A stretch of DNA of 24,000 bases from Candidatus Culexmicrobium cathedralense. GTDB taxonomy: Archaea; Thermoproteota; Methanomethylicia; Culexarchaeales; Culexmicrobiaceae. The position numbers were made by a program, and so were the translations under genes. Shown here piece after piece: positions 8,045-16,387 of the stretch. The notes beneath the pieces were generated by a model. It was not told the DNA's origin. It did no database searches and was given only the letters and a program-made list of their open reading frames with translations. Where the stretch lies: positions 21,678 to 45,677 of the forward strand of contig JANZKC010000003.1 of assembly GCA_025061115.1 (NCBI GenBank), given 5' to 3'. The number at the start of each line of letters is the position of its first letter. Positions within the stretch are counted from its first letter, which is position 1.

Positions 8045-8940
8045 ACCATATCTCTTTCAGTCAATATCCCAACAAGCTCATTATTTTCAACTACTGGTAG
8101 TGCTCCAATTCTCCTCTCGGACATTATTTTTGTTGCTTCGCCCAATTCGGCATCTGGACTTATTGTTATGACTGGAGATGACATGATATTCGATATGGGT
8201 ATTCGAATTAAGTCGTATATGCTGCATTTGGGCGACAGCTGAATTGCCCTTTTCAATTGAAATAGCTTTACTATATCCATGGCAACAACTATTCCAACCA
8301 GCTTGTCATCAACTATAACTGGAAGCCTTCTAAAACCTAAATTTATCATGGTTTGGGAAGCTTCTTTAACTGTTGTTTCTGGGGATGCCGTAACTACATC
8401 CTTTGTCATTATGTCCTTTACCTTCTTTCCGGTAACCTTATTAGCCAAATATCGAAGCACATCTCTTTCGGTGATGATGCCAAACACCTTTTCATCTTCA
8501 TCTACTATTGGGACTGCCCCCACATTATTGACTACCATCCGCTCTAGAACATCTACAAACGTCTCGTCAATATATGCCTTAACGACGTTCCTCACCATTA
8601 TTGATTCAATAGGCTCTTCAACCGCCTTATACAAATTTCCTTCATGCCTATTAACTATGATGTTGAAGTAATCTCCACCGCCAAAATAATTCACCAAGTC
8701 TGTTGCAGTTACAATTCCTAGCAGCCTCTTGTCAGGCATGGTGATTGGAACCCTTCTGAATCCGTGGCTTACCATCATTTGAATAACCTCTTTAACTGGA
8801 GCTCGCTGGGATGCCGTTATTACAGGTTTCTTAACAATTACGCTCAGTTCAAATTCTCTTTCGTAAATTTTATCTGAGAAGTTGGGCTTGCCATCACTCC
8901 TTAAAAAGCGAGGTTCAATTCTTCTCATTTTACATTTCAT
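8014..8940 (-). CDS. CBS-domain protein with four tandem CBS motifs (two Bateman modules) and no other domain
   Basis: 308-aa ORF with ATG 8940 after GGTGA. Four repeats of the CBS pattern occur: ...GFRRVPIT..LLGIVTATDLV; ...NVGAVPIVDEDEKVFGIITERDVL; IMTKDVVTASPETTV..GFRRLPVIVDDKLVGIVVAMDIV; IMSSPVITISPDAEL..RIGALPVVENNELVGILTERDMV. The 3' end overlaps the D-aminoacylase 3' end by 31 nt. Confidence 0.9.
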   Translation of the reverse strand: MKCKMRRIEPRFLRSDGKPNFSDKIYEREFELSVIVKKPVITASQRAPVKEVIQMMVSHGFRRVPITMPDKRLLGIVTATDLVNYFGGGDYFNIIVNRHEGNLYKAVEEPIESIMVRNVVKAYIDETFVDVLERMVVNNVGAVPIVDEDEKVFGIITERDVLRYLANKVTGKKVKDIMTKDVVTASPETTVKEASQTMINLGFRRLPVIVDDKLVGIVVAMDIVKLFQLKRAIQLSPKCSIYDLIRIPISNIMSSPVITISPDAELGEATKIMSERRIGALPVVENNELVGILTERDMVYDLVLAEYR

Positions 8941-8987
8941 TTAGTCACCGATGATAATTAGGTTAATACAAATATATACGCATTAGG

Positions 8988-9437
8988 TTAATGCGTTACT
9001 GCAACTTTATTTCCACCGGCCCTTTTAACTTCTCTCAAAAGCTTTAACGCTCTCTTTCTCGTATAGCTGTTATATGCATCTCTTCTATTTTTAGCTGGCT
9101 TGCCTGTTACTGGTCCCAAAGCTACTGCAATAGATATGGAAGCACCTAACCGACTTATTTCCATCCTAATACGCTCTAGATCTTCAATGATTTCTTCCAA
9201 ATCCTTCTCAGAAATGTCTGGTATTTCAAGAACAACTTCTTCCGTACCTCTCTTTTCATCTAAACCATAAATAACCACTGCAAAGTGCTTGCGAACGAAT
9301 TGCCAGACCAGCGTTGTGAGTGTTCCAGTAATTATATTTGGCACATACTCGCTCCATCCTCGACTTTTGCTGAGCTCCTCAAACTTGTCTAAATCCATTA
9401 TTATGACGCATCCAGTTAGCATAACTTCAAACACCAA
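8988..9437 (-). CDS. stand-alone minimal palm-domain protein, GGDEF / Cas10-palm (mCpol)-like putative nucleotide cyclase
   Basis: 149-aa ORF. Start could be TTG 9437, GTG 9434 or ATG 9422. It is collinear by eye with a GGDEF domain: IIMDLDKFEE (DxDxFK), AVVIYGLDEK (xxGGDEF position, G-L-D-E), SISIAVALG (TxSxGxA), ALKLLREVKRAGGNKVAV (ALYxAKxxGRNRV). There is no sensor, transmembrane or other domain. Confidence 0.65.
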   Translation of the reverse strand: MVFEVMLTGCVIIMDLDKFEELSKSRGWSEYVPNIITGTLTTLVWQFVRKHFAVVIYGLDEKRGTEEVVLEIPDISEKDLEEIIEDLERIRMEISRLGASISIAVALGPVTGKPAKNRRDAYNSYTRKRALKLLREVKRAGGNKVAVTH

Positions 9438-9472
9438 TTTACTTAATGGTTAAGTTTTTGATTTCAGCTGAG

Positions 9473-9495
9473 GACCACTTCTTCATCTGGTGGTC
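9473..9495. promoter_or_regulatory. inverted repeat GACCAC-N11-GTGGTC next to a G-rich patch (GGTGGTCGGGCGGGG) in the divergent palm-gene/rgy intergenic region
   Basis: A perfect 6-bp inverted repeat read directly from the sequence. It is the only GC-rich element in an otherwise AT-rich 147-nt spacer. Function unknown (operator or RNA hairpin). Confidence 0.25.
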
Positions 9496-9539
9496 GGGCG
9501 GGGTATTTTCATCATCAAGAACTATAAGAGTGCTAAGGT

Positions 9540-9550
9540 AAATATAAAAT
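9540..9550 (+). promoter_or_regulatory. candidate archaeal TATA box for reverse gyrase
   Basis: AAATATAAAAT is centred ~40 nt upstream of ATG 9585. The expected TSS ~25 nt downstream would leave a short leader carrying GAGGT (9574-9578). Positional and compositional argument only. Confidence 0.35.
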
Positions 9551-9584
9551 TGGCTGAATTGAAGCGATGACCCGAGGTTGAATC

Positions 9585-12500
9585 ATGAACTCGATTAGGA
9601 GTCATGGAATATATAGGCATGCTTGTCCAAACTGCAGGGGCGAGGAAGATGATGGCAGGCTCTTTCTGGGAGCTCCATGCTTTAAGTGCTTCCCACGTGA
9701 AGTTGAAAGTAGAATTTCAATCTACAAATTATATGATCTTCTAAGGAATTATGGTTCTCTTAAAGAAGTTAAAGAGCTATTTAAATTGCATAAGGGCTTG
9801 GATGAAGTTGATGAGCTTTTCCATAAAGCGACTGGAAGTAGGTTGTGGAGCATTCAAAGAACATGGGTTAAGCGTGTTTTGAAAGGAAGGAGTTTCACTA
9901 TCATAGCTCCTACTGGTGTTGGCAAAACTGTTTTCGGCATGATAATGGCTCTTTTTCTTGCCTTAAAGGGTAAAAAAGCATACATCATAGAGCCAACCAC
10001 TCCACTTGTACTTCAAGTTTATAATAGGTTAATTAGTTTCGCAGATAAAGCAGGATTAGATGTGCAAATAATTGCTTATCATGCCCGTCTCAAACCTAAA
10101 ATTAAGAGCGAAGTACTAAGCAAGATTTCAAATGGGGACTTCGATATTCTCATAACAACATCAAGATTTCTAACTGCGCGATTTGATGCTTTAAAGGGTA
10201 AGCATTTCCATTTCATATTTGTTGATGATGTCGATGCGATATTGAAGAGCTCTAAAAATATCGACCGTATTCTAAGCTTGCTTGGATTTACTGATGACGA
10301 AATTGCAGACGCTTACGAGCTCGTTAAACTTAGGAATAGAATTACCAAGTTAATTAGCTTGCATAGGAAAAGTCCGGAGATCAAAGAGTTAATGGAAAAT
10401 TACGATAAACTTGTGAAGCGAGTAGCAAAGATTAAGGGCAAATCGAAATCGATTCTCGTTGTTTCGAGTGCTACGGGAAGACCTAGAGGACTGCGCGTTA
10501 AACTATTTAGAGAACTTTTAGGCTTTGACGTTGGATCTAGGTCGGAGCTACTTAGAAACGTAGTAGATGTTTACTGCAAGGTTTCTCCTGAAAAATCAAT
10601 TGAGGAGATGATAGTTGAGCTGGCAAGTAATCTTGGATCAGGAGGACTCGTATTCGTTCCAGTAGATAAGGGTCTCGAGTACGCTGAGAAGTTAGCAGAA
10701 ATACTTGTTGAAAGCGGAATTAAAGCTGAAGCTTTTTCCTCCAAGAACATTGAAGCTTTAAGTAGGTTTATTGAAGGGGAAAGCGATGTCTTAGTTGGCG
10801 TAGCTTATTACTATGGAGTTATGGTTAGAGGCCTCGATCTACCAGATAAAGTGAGGTATGCATTATTCGCCGGGATTCCAAAATTTAAGTTTAACACCAA
10901 GTTAGATGAGCCTCATCCCTCAAATATTCTTCGTGGATTAACGATAATTAGCGAAGTTGTTGAAGGAATTGAGGAAAAAAGGCGAATTGAAAGGCTAATT
11001 GCTAGGGTTAGGCGTTACATGCAAATTTTGCCTGTGGCGCTCTTAAATGAAATTGGTGGCAAGCTAGCTGAAGGCATTAAACCTAGTACTGACGCTGAAA
11101 GAGTATTTTACGAGGCTCTTCAAGTACTTAGGAGCTACTTGGCTAGAAGCGACATCAAGGATAAGCTGAAGAAACTGGAAGATGTAAGGTTGATCGAAGA
11201 AAACGGGAAAACTTTCATTTTAATACCGGATGTCATGACTTACATTCAAGCTAGCGGTAGGACATCCAGAATGTTCGCTGGAGGATTGACGAAGGGGCTC
11301 TCGATTGTAGTGGTTGATGATGAGCACTTACTTAAGGGACTTATGAAGCGCGCTAAGTGGATTATTGAAGACATGGAGTGGCGAAGCTTAGAAGAAGTTG
11401 ACATAAAATCCATAATTGATGAGATAGATAGAGATAGGCTAGCGGTTAAGCAGTTGCGTGAAGGTAAAATAAGAATGGAATTTAAAGATCCAATGAAGAC
11501 GGCGCTGATGGTTGTAGAATCGCCAAATAAAGCTAGAACTATCGCCAACTTCTTTGGGAAGCCTAGCGTGAGGAGATTTGAAGAACTTAAGGTATACGAG
11601 GTTTCTACTGGAGAGCTACTTTTAATGATCACCGCAAGTGGCGGCCACATTTATGACTTAGTGACAGACGTAGGTTATCATGGAGTTTTACTTCCAAAAG
11701 ATGGTGGAGCCTTCCTCCCAGTATACACTGCAATAAGAAGGTGTTTGAAGTGCGGATATCAATTCAGCGATGACCTGGATAAGTGTCCTAAGTGCGGCAG
11801 TAGCGTTTTGAGGAATTCGCTTAAAGTAATTGACTTCATTAGAGCTCTCTGCGAAGAAGTTGATTTAGTGCTGATCGGAACTGATCCTGACACTGAAGGA
11901 GAGAAAATTGGGTGGGATTTAGCTGCTCTCCTCACGCCATACGCGAAAGAGGTTAAGCGAATAGAATTCCACGAAGTAACTAAAAGGGCAATACTGGAAG
12001 CATTAAGGAGCGCGAGAAGCTTCGATACAAATCTCGTAGAAGCGCAGATAGTTAGGAGAGTTGAAGATAGGTGGATAGGTTTTGAATTGAGCAAACGATT
12101 ATGGAGTGCATTCAAGAGAAGGGGATTATCTGCAGGTAGAGTTCAAACACCAGTTTTAGGCTGGATTATTGAGAGGGAGAGGGAGTTTAAGGAGAGCTTT
12201 AAGAACGTGTACTCAATATTGCTGCCATATGGCATTAAAGTTGAATTGACGGAAGATGAAGTATTGGAAAAGCTCGTCAAAGCTGAGCTCGTCAAGGCGA
12301 AAATTAAGGTCTTGGACGTGGTTGAAGAAGATATGCACCCGCCTCCACCCTACACGACTGATACTTACCTGCACGATGCTTCTAAAAAGCTTAGGTTAAC
12401 CGCACCTGAAGCCATGCAAATAGCGCAGGACCTATTTGAACTAGGCTTCATAACATATCACAGAACAGATAGCACGAGAGTCTCCACATTTGGACAATAT

Positions 12501-13232
12501 GTTGCTAAGGAATATTTGTCTGAGAAATTTGGAGCTAAAGCCGAAGAACTTTACATGCCTAGAAGCTGGGGGGAGGCTGGTGCACATGAGTGCATAAGGC
12601 CTACAAGGCCATTGGACGTAAATAGGGTAAGAGAGCTCATAGCTGAGGGAATAATAACGCCAATAAAGCCTCTAACTAAAAGGCACTTTCTCGCCTATGA
12701 TATGATCTTTAAGCGATTCATTGCAAGCCAAATGAAGGCGGCAAAAGTAGTAAGGCAGAAAATAGAGCTAAGCATACTGGGAGTAGCTAGAAATATAGAT
12801 AGGATCATTAAGGTTAAGGAGCCTGGCTTCTTAACGGTTAATCCAATAGTAAGAGTTGAGGTTAAAGTCGAGGAAGGCGAAGTAAAGCCGGTAAAAGTTG
12901 ATGTAAGGCGAAAGGCGCTGGTAACCCTTTACACGCATGGAGATGTGATAAGGCTTATGAAGGAGCGCGGAATTGGCAGGCCATCAACCTACGCCAAAAT
13001 AGTTCAAACTTTAATACAGCGAGGATATGTTATGGAGACAAAAAGGAAGAAATTGATGCCGACAAAACTAGGCAAAAGCGTCTATAGGTATTTAGCTTCA
13101 AAATATGGCAATCTAGTATCGGAGAAGAGAACTGCAATGCTTGAAGAGATAATGGATCAGATCGAGAGAGGGGAGCGCAATTACATTGAAGTTTTAAGTG
13201 AGCTATATAGGGAAATTTCGTCAATACCTTAA
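9585..13232 (+). CDS. rgy: reverse gyrase (helicase-like domain fused to type IA topoisomerase)
   Basis: 1215-aa ORF with ATG after GAGGT (9574-9578). It has an N-terminal Zn finger (CPNCRG...CFKC), Walker A APTGVGKT, DDVD box, SSAT and QASGRTSR helicase motifs. The TOPRIM region has VVESPNKARTI and DPDTEGE, with an inserted Zn finger CLKCGYQFSDDLDKCPKCG. The topo IA active site ITYHRTDS has its Tyr codon at 12456-12458. Length and order are canonical. Confidence 0.97.
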   Translation: MNSIRSHGIYRHACPNCRGEEDDGRLFLGAPCFKCFPREVESRISIYKLYDLLRNYGSLKEVKELFKLHKGLDEVDELFHKATGSRLWSIQRTWVKRVLKGRSFTIIAPTGVGKTVFGMIMALFLALKGKKAYIIEPTTPLVLQVYNRLISFADKAGLDVQIIAYHARLKPKIKSEVLSKISNGDFDILITTSRFLTARFDALKGKHFHFIFVDDVDAILKSSKNIDRILSLLGFTDDEIADAYELVKLRNRITKLISLHRKSPEIKELMENYDKLVKRVAKIKGKSKSILVVSSATGRPRGLRVKLFRELLGFDVGSRSELLRNVVDVYCKVSPEKSIEEMIVELASNLGSGGLVFVPVDKGLEYAEKLAEILVESGIKAEAFSSKNIEALSRFIEGESDVLVGVAYYYGVMVRGLDLPDKVRYALFAGIPKFKFNTKLDEPHPSNILRGLTIISEVVEGIEEKRRIERLIARVRRYMQILPVALLNEIGGKLAEGIKPSTDAERVFYEALQVLRSYLARSDIKDKLKKLEDVRLIEENGKTFILIPDVMTYIQASGRTSRMFAGGLTKGLSIVVVDDEHLLKGLMKRAKWIIEDMEWRSLEEVDIKSIIDEIDRDRLAVKQLREGKIRMEFKDPMKTALMVVESPNKARTIANFFGKPSVRRFEELKVYEVSTGELLLMITASGGHIYDLVTDVGYHGVLLPKDGGAFLPVYTAIRRCLKCGYQFSDDLDKCPKCGSSVLRNSLKVIDFIRALCEEVDLVLIGTDPDTEGEKIGWDLAALLTPYAKEVKRIEFHEVTKRAILEALRSARSFDTNLVEAQIVRRVEDRWIGFELSKRLWSAFKRRGLSAGRVQTPVLGWIIEREREFKESFKNVYSILLPYGIKVELTEDEVLEKLVKAELVKAKIKVLDVVEEDMHPPPPYTTDTYLHDASKKLRLTAPEAMQIAQDLFELGFITYHRTDSTRVSTFGQYVAKEYLSEKFGAKAEELYMPRSWGEAGAHECIRPTRPLDVNRVRELIAEGIITPIKPLTKRHFLAYDMIFKRFIASQMKAAKVVRQKIELSILGVARNIDRIIKVKEPGFLTVNPIVRVEVKVEEGEVKPVKVDVRRKALVTLYTHGDVIRLMKERGIGRPSTYAKIVQTLIQRGYVMETKRKKLMPTKLGKSVYRYLASKYGNLVSEKRTAMLEEIMDQIERGERNYIEVLSELYREISSIP

Positions 13233-13280
13233 TTCCAGCATATTTGTCTAAGATCATTAATGGCTCTGGATTAATTGCAT

Positions 13281-14474
13281 TTAGCTTCTTAAATTTACAC
13301 TCCATCTTTCTGATATCGACTTTAATCTCTTGAATGCGAATAACTTCTCCTTACTGCCAACTCTCATATCCGATATGATTTGCTCAAGCTCGTAAACTAC
13401 GCTGTCGTAAACTTTTCGGTTAATTGGATATGGTATTCCATCTTTACCTCCAACTGCGAAAGACCATTTAATTGGGTCGAATATGTGTGTTATAGGATCC
13501 TTCTTAGATGGCGGTTCGTCGTAAATGAGTTCTGAAATTAATGCTAGCGCCCTGAGAGTTGAAGGTCCTATGCCCCTAAATAAAAGAAAACTTTCAAAAT
13601 CCTCAGGCTTAACTTGGAACACATTTCTTAGCGCTCTCCAATTGATTGCTATTTCTTCAATTGGCTTGTAATAATCTAGCTTTACGGCTAATTCATTTTT
13701 GCCGCTAAACCACCTGGTTATTGGACAATTCTTTCTCAGAAACCTCTTAATAGAACCTAAATCTCTCTTTAGCTTTGCAGGTCCATGATTAATAATTTCT
13801 AGAATCGTATTCCTGCAGCTTCTACTCTCTCTAGCAACTAGATTTAAAGTTGATTCGCTTATTTTAACGTCGACTATGGCGTTATGAGGGTCTTCAACGA
13901 ACTTCCTTACTTTGCTTGACAGCCAATGATATCTTCTAGCCATGCGCTTTTCAACGTTCATTCCCTGCTGAATTACAGTCCACGATCCGCTTTTTGAAAC
14001 TATCATTGAGTGGTGATATATTGAGTAGCCATCTTGAAGAGCTGCATTGTCAATTTTTGCTACTAACCTACTAATTCTAGCAAGCTTCTCTCCATACTCC
14101 TCTCCTAAATCAAGCTTGATGGCTGCCTGTTTAACTTCAATTGGCGTTTCCAGACTTTTCTTCCCTTTACCGCCGGCTATGGCTATTTCAACTTCACTTT
14201 TGTTTAGAGCTTGCCTTAGAACTCCGCAGACAACTGTTGTGGACCCTGAGGAATGCCAATCGAATCCTAGAACATTGCTGAAAGCTTGAAACCACAGTGG
14301 ATTTGCAAGCCTTTCGAGAAATTTGTCCTCTCCAAATTCGTTCACGAAGACTGTGATAATTGCATTTGCTAGTTTAACCATTCTATTAAATAGCCATCTT
14401 GGAACTGATCCTTCATGTAATGGTAGTTCTGCTATTCCTTTGATGCTCAATTTTACTCCCAATTCAATATGCAC
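13281..14474 (-). CDS. DUF763-family protein (conserved, uncharacterised; contains a helix-hairpin-helix-like GIGPSTLRALAL element)
   Basis: 397-aa ORF. The N-terminal ELPLHEGSVPRWLFNRMVKLA...ANPLWFQAFSNVLGFDWHSSG matches my recollection of the DUF763 signature. The C-terminal FRGIGPSTLRALALISE resembles an HhH motif. It starts 32 nt downstream of the TOPRIM gene on the same strand. The family name is from memory and needs an HMM check. Confidence 0.7.
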   Translation of the reverse strand: MHIELGVKLSIKGIAELPLHEGSVPRWLFNRMVKLANAIITVFVNEFGEDKFLERLANPLWFQAFSNVLGFDWHSSGSTTVVCGVLRQALNKSEVEIAIAGGKGKKSLETPIEVKQAAIKLDLGEEYGEKLARISRLVAKIDNAALQDGYSIYHHSMIVSKSGSWTVIQQGMNVEKRMARRYHWLSSKVRKFVEDPHNAIVDVKISESTLNLVARESRSCRNTILEIINHGPAKLKRDLGSIKRFLRKNCPITRWFSGKNELAVKLDYYKPIEEIAINWRALRNVFQVKPEDFESFLLFRGIGPSTLRALALISELIYDEPPSKKDPITHIFDPIKWSFAVGGKDGIPYPINRKVYDSVVYELEQIISDMRVGSKEKLFAFKRLKSISERWSVNLRS

Positions 14475-14506
14475 TTTTAGGAATATTTTTGTTGCTGATT
14501 TGGTTT

Positions 14507-14914
14507 CTACCTATAAGCTCTGCGCCTTAAGGCTGTTAACTCTTCGATTGCTAAGATGTTTTCTCTAATCATAATGTTCTTTAATGTTTTTCTAAAATAC
14601 CTATGAACTTTAACTCCCATTTCTTCAAGCTCATTTTCAAGTCGTTTTGAGAGCTTTTCACCTTCGCTGTCGAAGTCCATTAGCACTGCTATTCTTTTCC
14701 CTTTGAATTTCTCTGCTAATTTTTCAGTGAATTGAAATATTGGCTTTCTAGAATCGCAGAACCTTATGATTTTACCTCTATATCCATATCTTCTCAGCGC
14801 TTTTTCGTCGTGTGACCCTTCAACTATTACTGCATCTACGGAGAAATTTAACTCTTCGATCAATTTTTCTATGCGCTTCATTAATTCAAAGTCCGCTTTT
14901 CTTTTCCTCTTCAT
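14507..14914 (-). CDS. small TOPRIM-domain protein (RNase M5-like / small primase-like family)
   Basis: 135-aa ORF with the conserved Glu in AVIVEGSHDEKAL and the DxD-type acidic cluster VLMDFDSEGEKL. Its ATG 14914 directly abuts the moaB stop (TAAATG on the coding strand). Confidence 0.8.
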   Translation of the reverse strand: MKRKRKADFELMKRIEKLIEELNFSVDAVIVEGSHDEKALRRYGYRGKIIRFCDSRKPIFQFTEKLAEKFKGKRIAVLMDFDSEGEKLSKRLENELEEMGVKVHRYFRKTLKNIMIRENILAIEELTALRRRAYR

Positions 14915-15433
14915 TTACCCTTTCCTCGCGTGGAGAAGTATGTGTCCTGCTTCTGGTAGGAGCAGCTTTTCTAATGCTAATTTTACAGCTGATTTTGATC
15001 CAGGAATACAAGCTAATAGCTTTCCATTAACTATTCCTGCACATGCTCTTGAGATTATTGCTGAGCTTCCAATCTCCCTATAACTTAAAAATCTAAATAT
15101 TTCTCCAAATCCTTCGAGTTCTTTCTCAATAATTTCTTTAATTACTTCATAAGTATAGTCTTTCAATCCTACTCCTGTTCCTCCAATAAATATGATTACA
15201 TCAGCTTCATTTAGGCTATTTTTAATGCTTCTCCTAATTTCTTCAGGATCATCTGGAATAATTACCTTATTAGTTATTTCGTAGCCATAATTTTTGATGA
15301 GCTTTCCTGCTAATTCTCCAGATTCATCTTTTACTTCTTCTCCCTTCATTAATCGGCGATATCTTGAGCTACTTACTACTACGATTTTAAATTTTAAGTC
15401 CTTTAGGGCTTTAGCTTTATGCTCCCTACTCAT
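14915..15433 (-). CDS. moaB: molybdenum cofactor biosynthesis protein B (MoaB/MogA family)
   Basis: 172-aa ORF with DESGELAGKLI, PDDPEEI, VIIFIGGTGVGLKDYT (GGTG motif), ISRACAGIVNGKLLACIPGSKSA. Its ATG 15433 directly abuts the carbamate kinase stop (TGAATG). Confidence 0.88.
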   Translation of the reverse strand: MSREHKAKALKDLKFKIVVVSSSRYRRLMKGEEVKDESGELAGKLIKNYGYEITNKVIIPDDPEEIRRSIKNSLNEADVIIFIGGTGVGLKDYTYEVIKEIIEKELEGFGEIFRFLSYREIGSSAIISRACAGIVNGKLLACIPGSKSAVKLALEKLLLPEAGHILLHARKG

Positions 15434-16387
15434 TCAACTCCCCCTATAAATTAGAGTTCCAGCTTCTCCTTTAATTGCTTCAACCGCTCGTTCTAGATCG
15501 GCAATTATTGCTTTTTCTCCACCCCACTCGAGAAATCTAATGCATGCTAAAACTTTTGGACCCATGCTTCCAGGTAGGAAGTGCCCTTCAGAATAATATT
15601 TCTTCGCTTCTTCAAGTGTCATCTTATCTAAGGGTTTTTCATTAGGCTTTCCATAGTTTAATCTAACCTTATCGATGTCGGTTAAAATTAATAGGATGTC
15701 TGCTTTAACGACTTCAGCCAGCTTTTCACTTGCCAAGTCCTTGTCGATGACTGCTTCAACACCTTTAAGCTCACCATGTTCTTCAACTACTGGAATGCCT
15801 CCTCCACCTGTAGCTATTACTATCATGCCCTCCTCAACCATAGCTCTTATGGCATCTCCTTCAATGACCTTTATTGGATCTGGAGATGGTACTACCCTCC
15901 TATAAACCCTGCCTTCTCCTGGCTTTATCTTCTTTATGATGTAACCTTTATTCCTAGCAATTTTTTCTGCTTCATCTTTATTGTAAAATGGGCCCACAGG
16001 CTTGGTTGGATTATTAAAGGCAGGGTCGTTCTTGTCGACTAAAACTTGAGTAACCACAGTCACAACGGGCTTTCCAATTCCTTCTGCGCGCAACATGTTC
16101 TGTAAAGTTTGCTGCAACATGTATCCAATTTGACCTTGAGTCATTGCGCCTAAAATGTCAAGAGGCTGGGGCGGAACTCTGTCTTCAGCCTCCTCCTGCT
16201 GAATCATTAAATTGCCAACTTGAGGTCCATTGCCATGCGTTATTATTAACTGATAGCCCATTTTAACTAATTGAATTAAATTTTTACATGTTTTCCTAAC
16301 ATTTCTGAGCTGCTCCTCAGCAGTTCCTATTTCGTCAGCCTTTTTAATTGCGTTGCCGCCCAGGGCCACTAAGACTCTTTTAGTCAT
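15434..16387 (-). CDS. arcC: carbamate kinase
   Basis: The track ORF extends to 16456. ATG 16387 is preferred because GGAGGT (rc of 16393-16398) lies 5 nt upstream and the product starts MTKRVLVALGGNAI. Motifs: ITHGNGPQVG, IVIATGGGGIPVV, DKDLASE, LTDIDKV. About 318 aa, typical for the family. Confidence 0.93.
   Translation of the reverse strand: MTKRVLVALGGNAIKKADEIGTAEEQLRNVRKTCKNLIQLVKMGYQLIITHGNGPQVGNLMIQQEEAEDRVPPQPLDILGAMTQGQIGYMLQQTLQNMLRAEGIGKPVVTVVTQVLVDKNDPAFNNPTKPVGPFYNKDEAEKIARNKGYIIKKIKPGEGRVYRRVVPSPDPIKVIEGDAIRAMVEEGMIVIATGGGGIPVVEEHGELKGVEAVIDKDLASEKLAEVVKADILLILTDIDKVRLNYGKPNEKPLDKMTLEEAKKYYSEGHFLPGSMGPKVLACIRFLEWGGEKAIIADLERAVEAIKGEAGTLIYRGS

Noticed and set aside
13281-14914. 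TOPRIM plus DUF763 as an OLD/Gabija-like defence module
   Set aside because: There is no ATPase or other defence-associated domain. The TOPRIM protein is the small RNase M5-like type, and the genes are coupled to housekeeping arcC and moaB.
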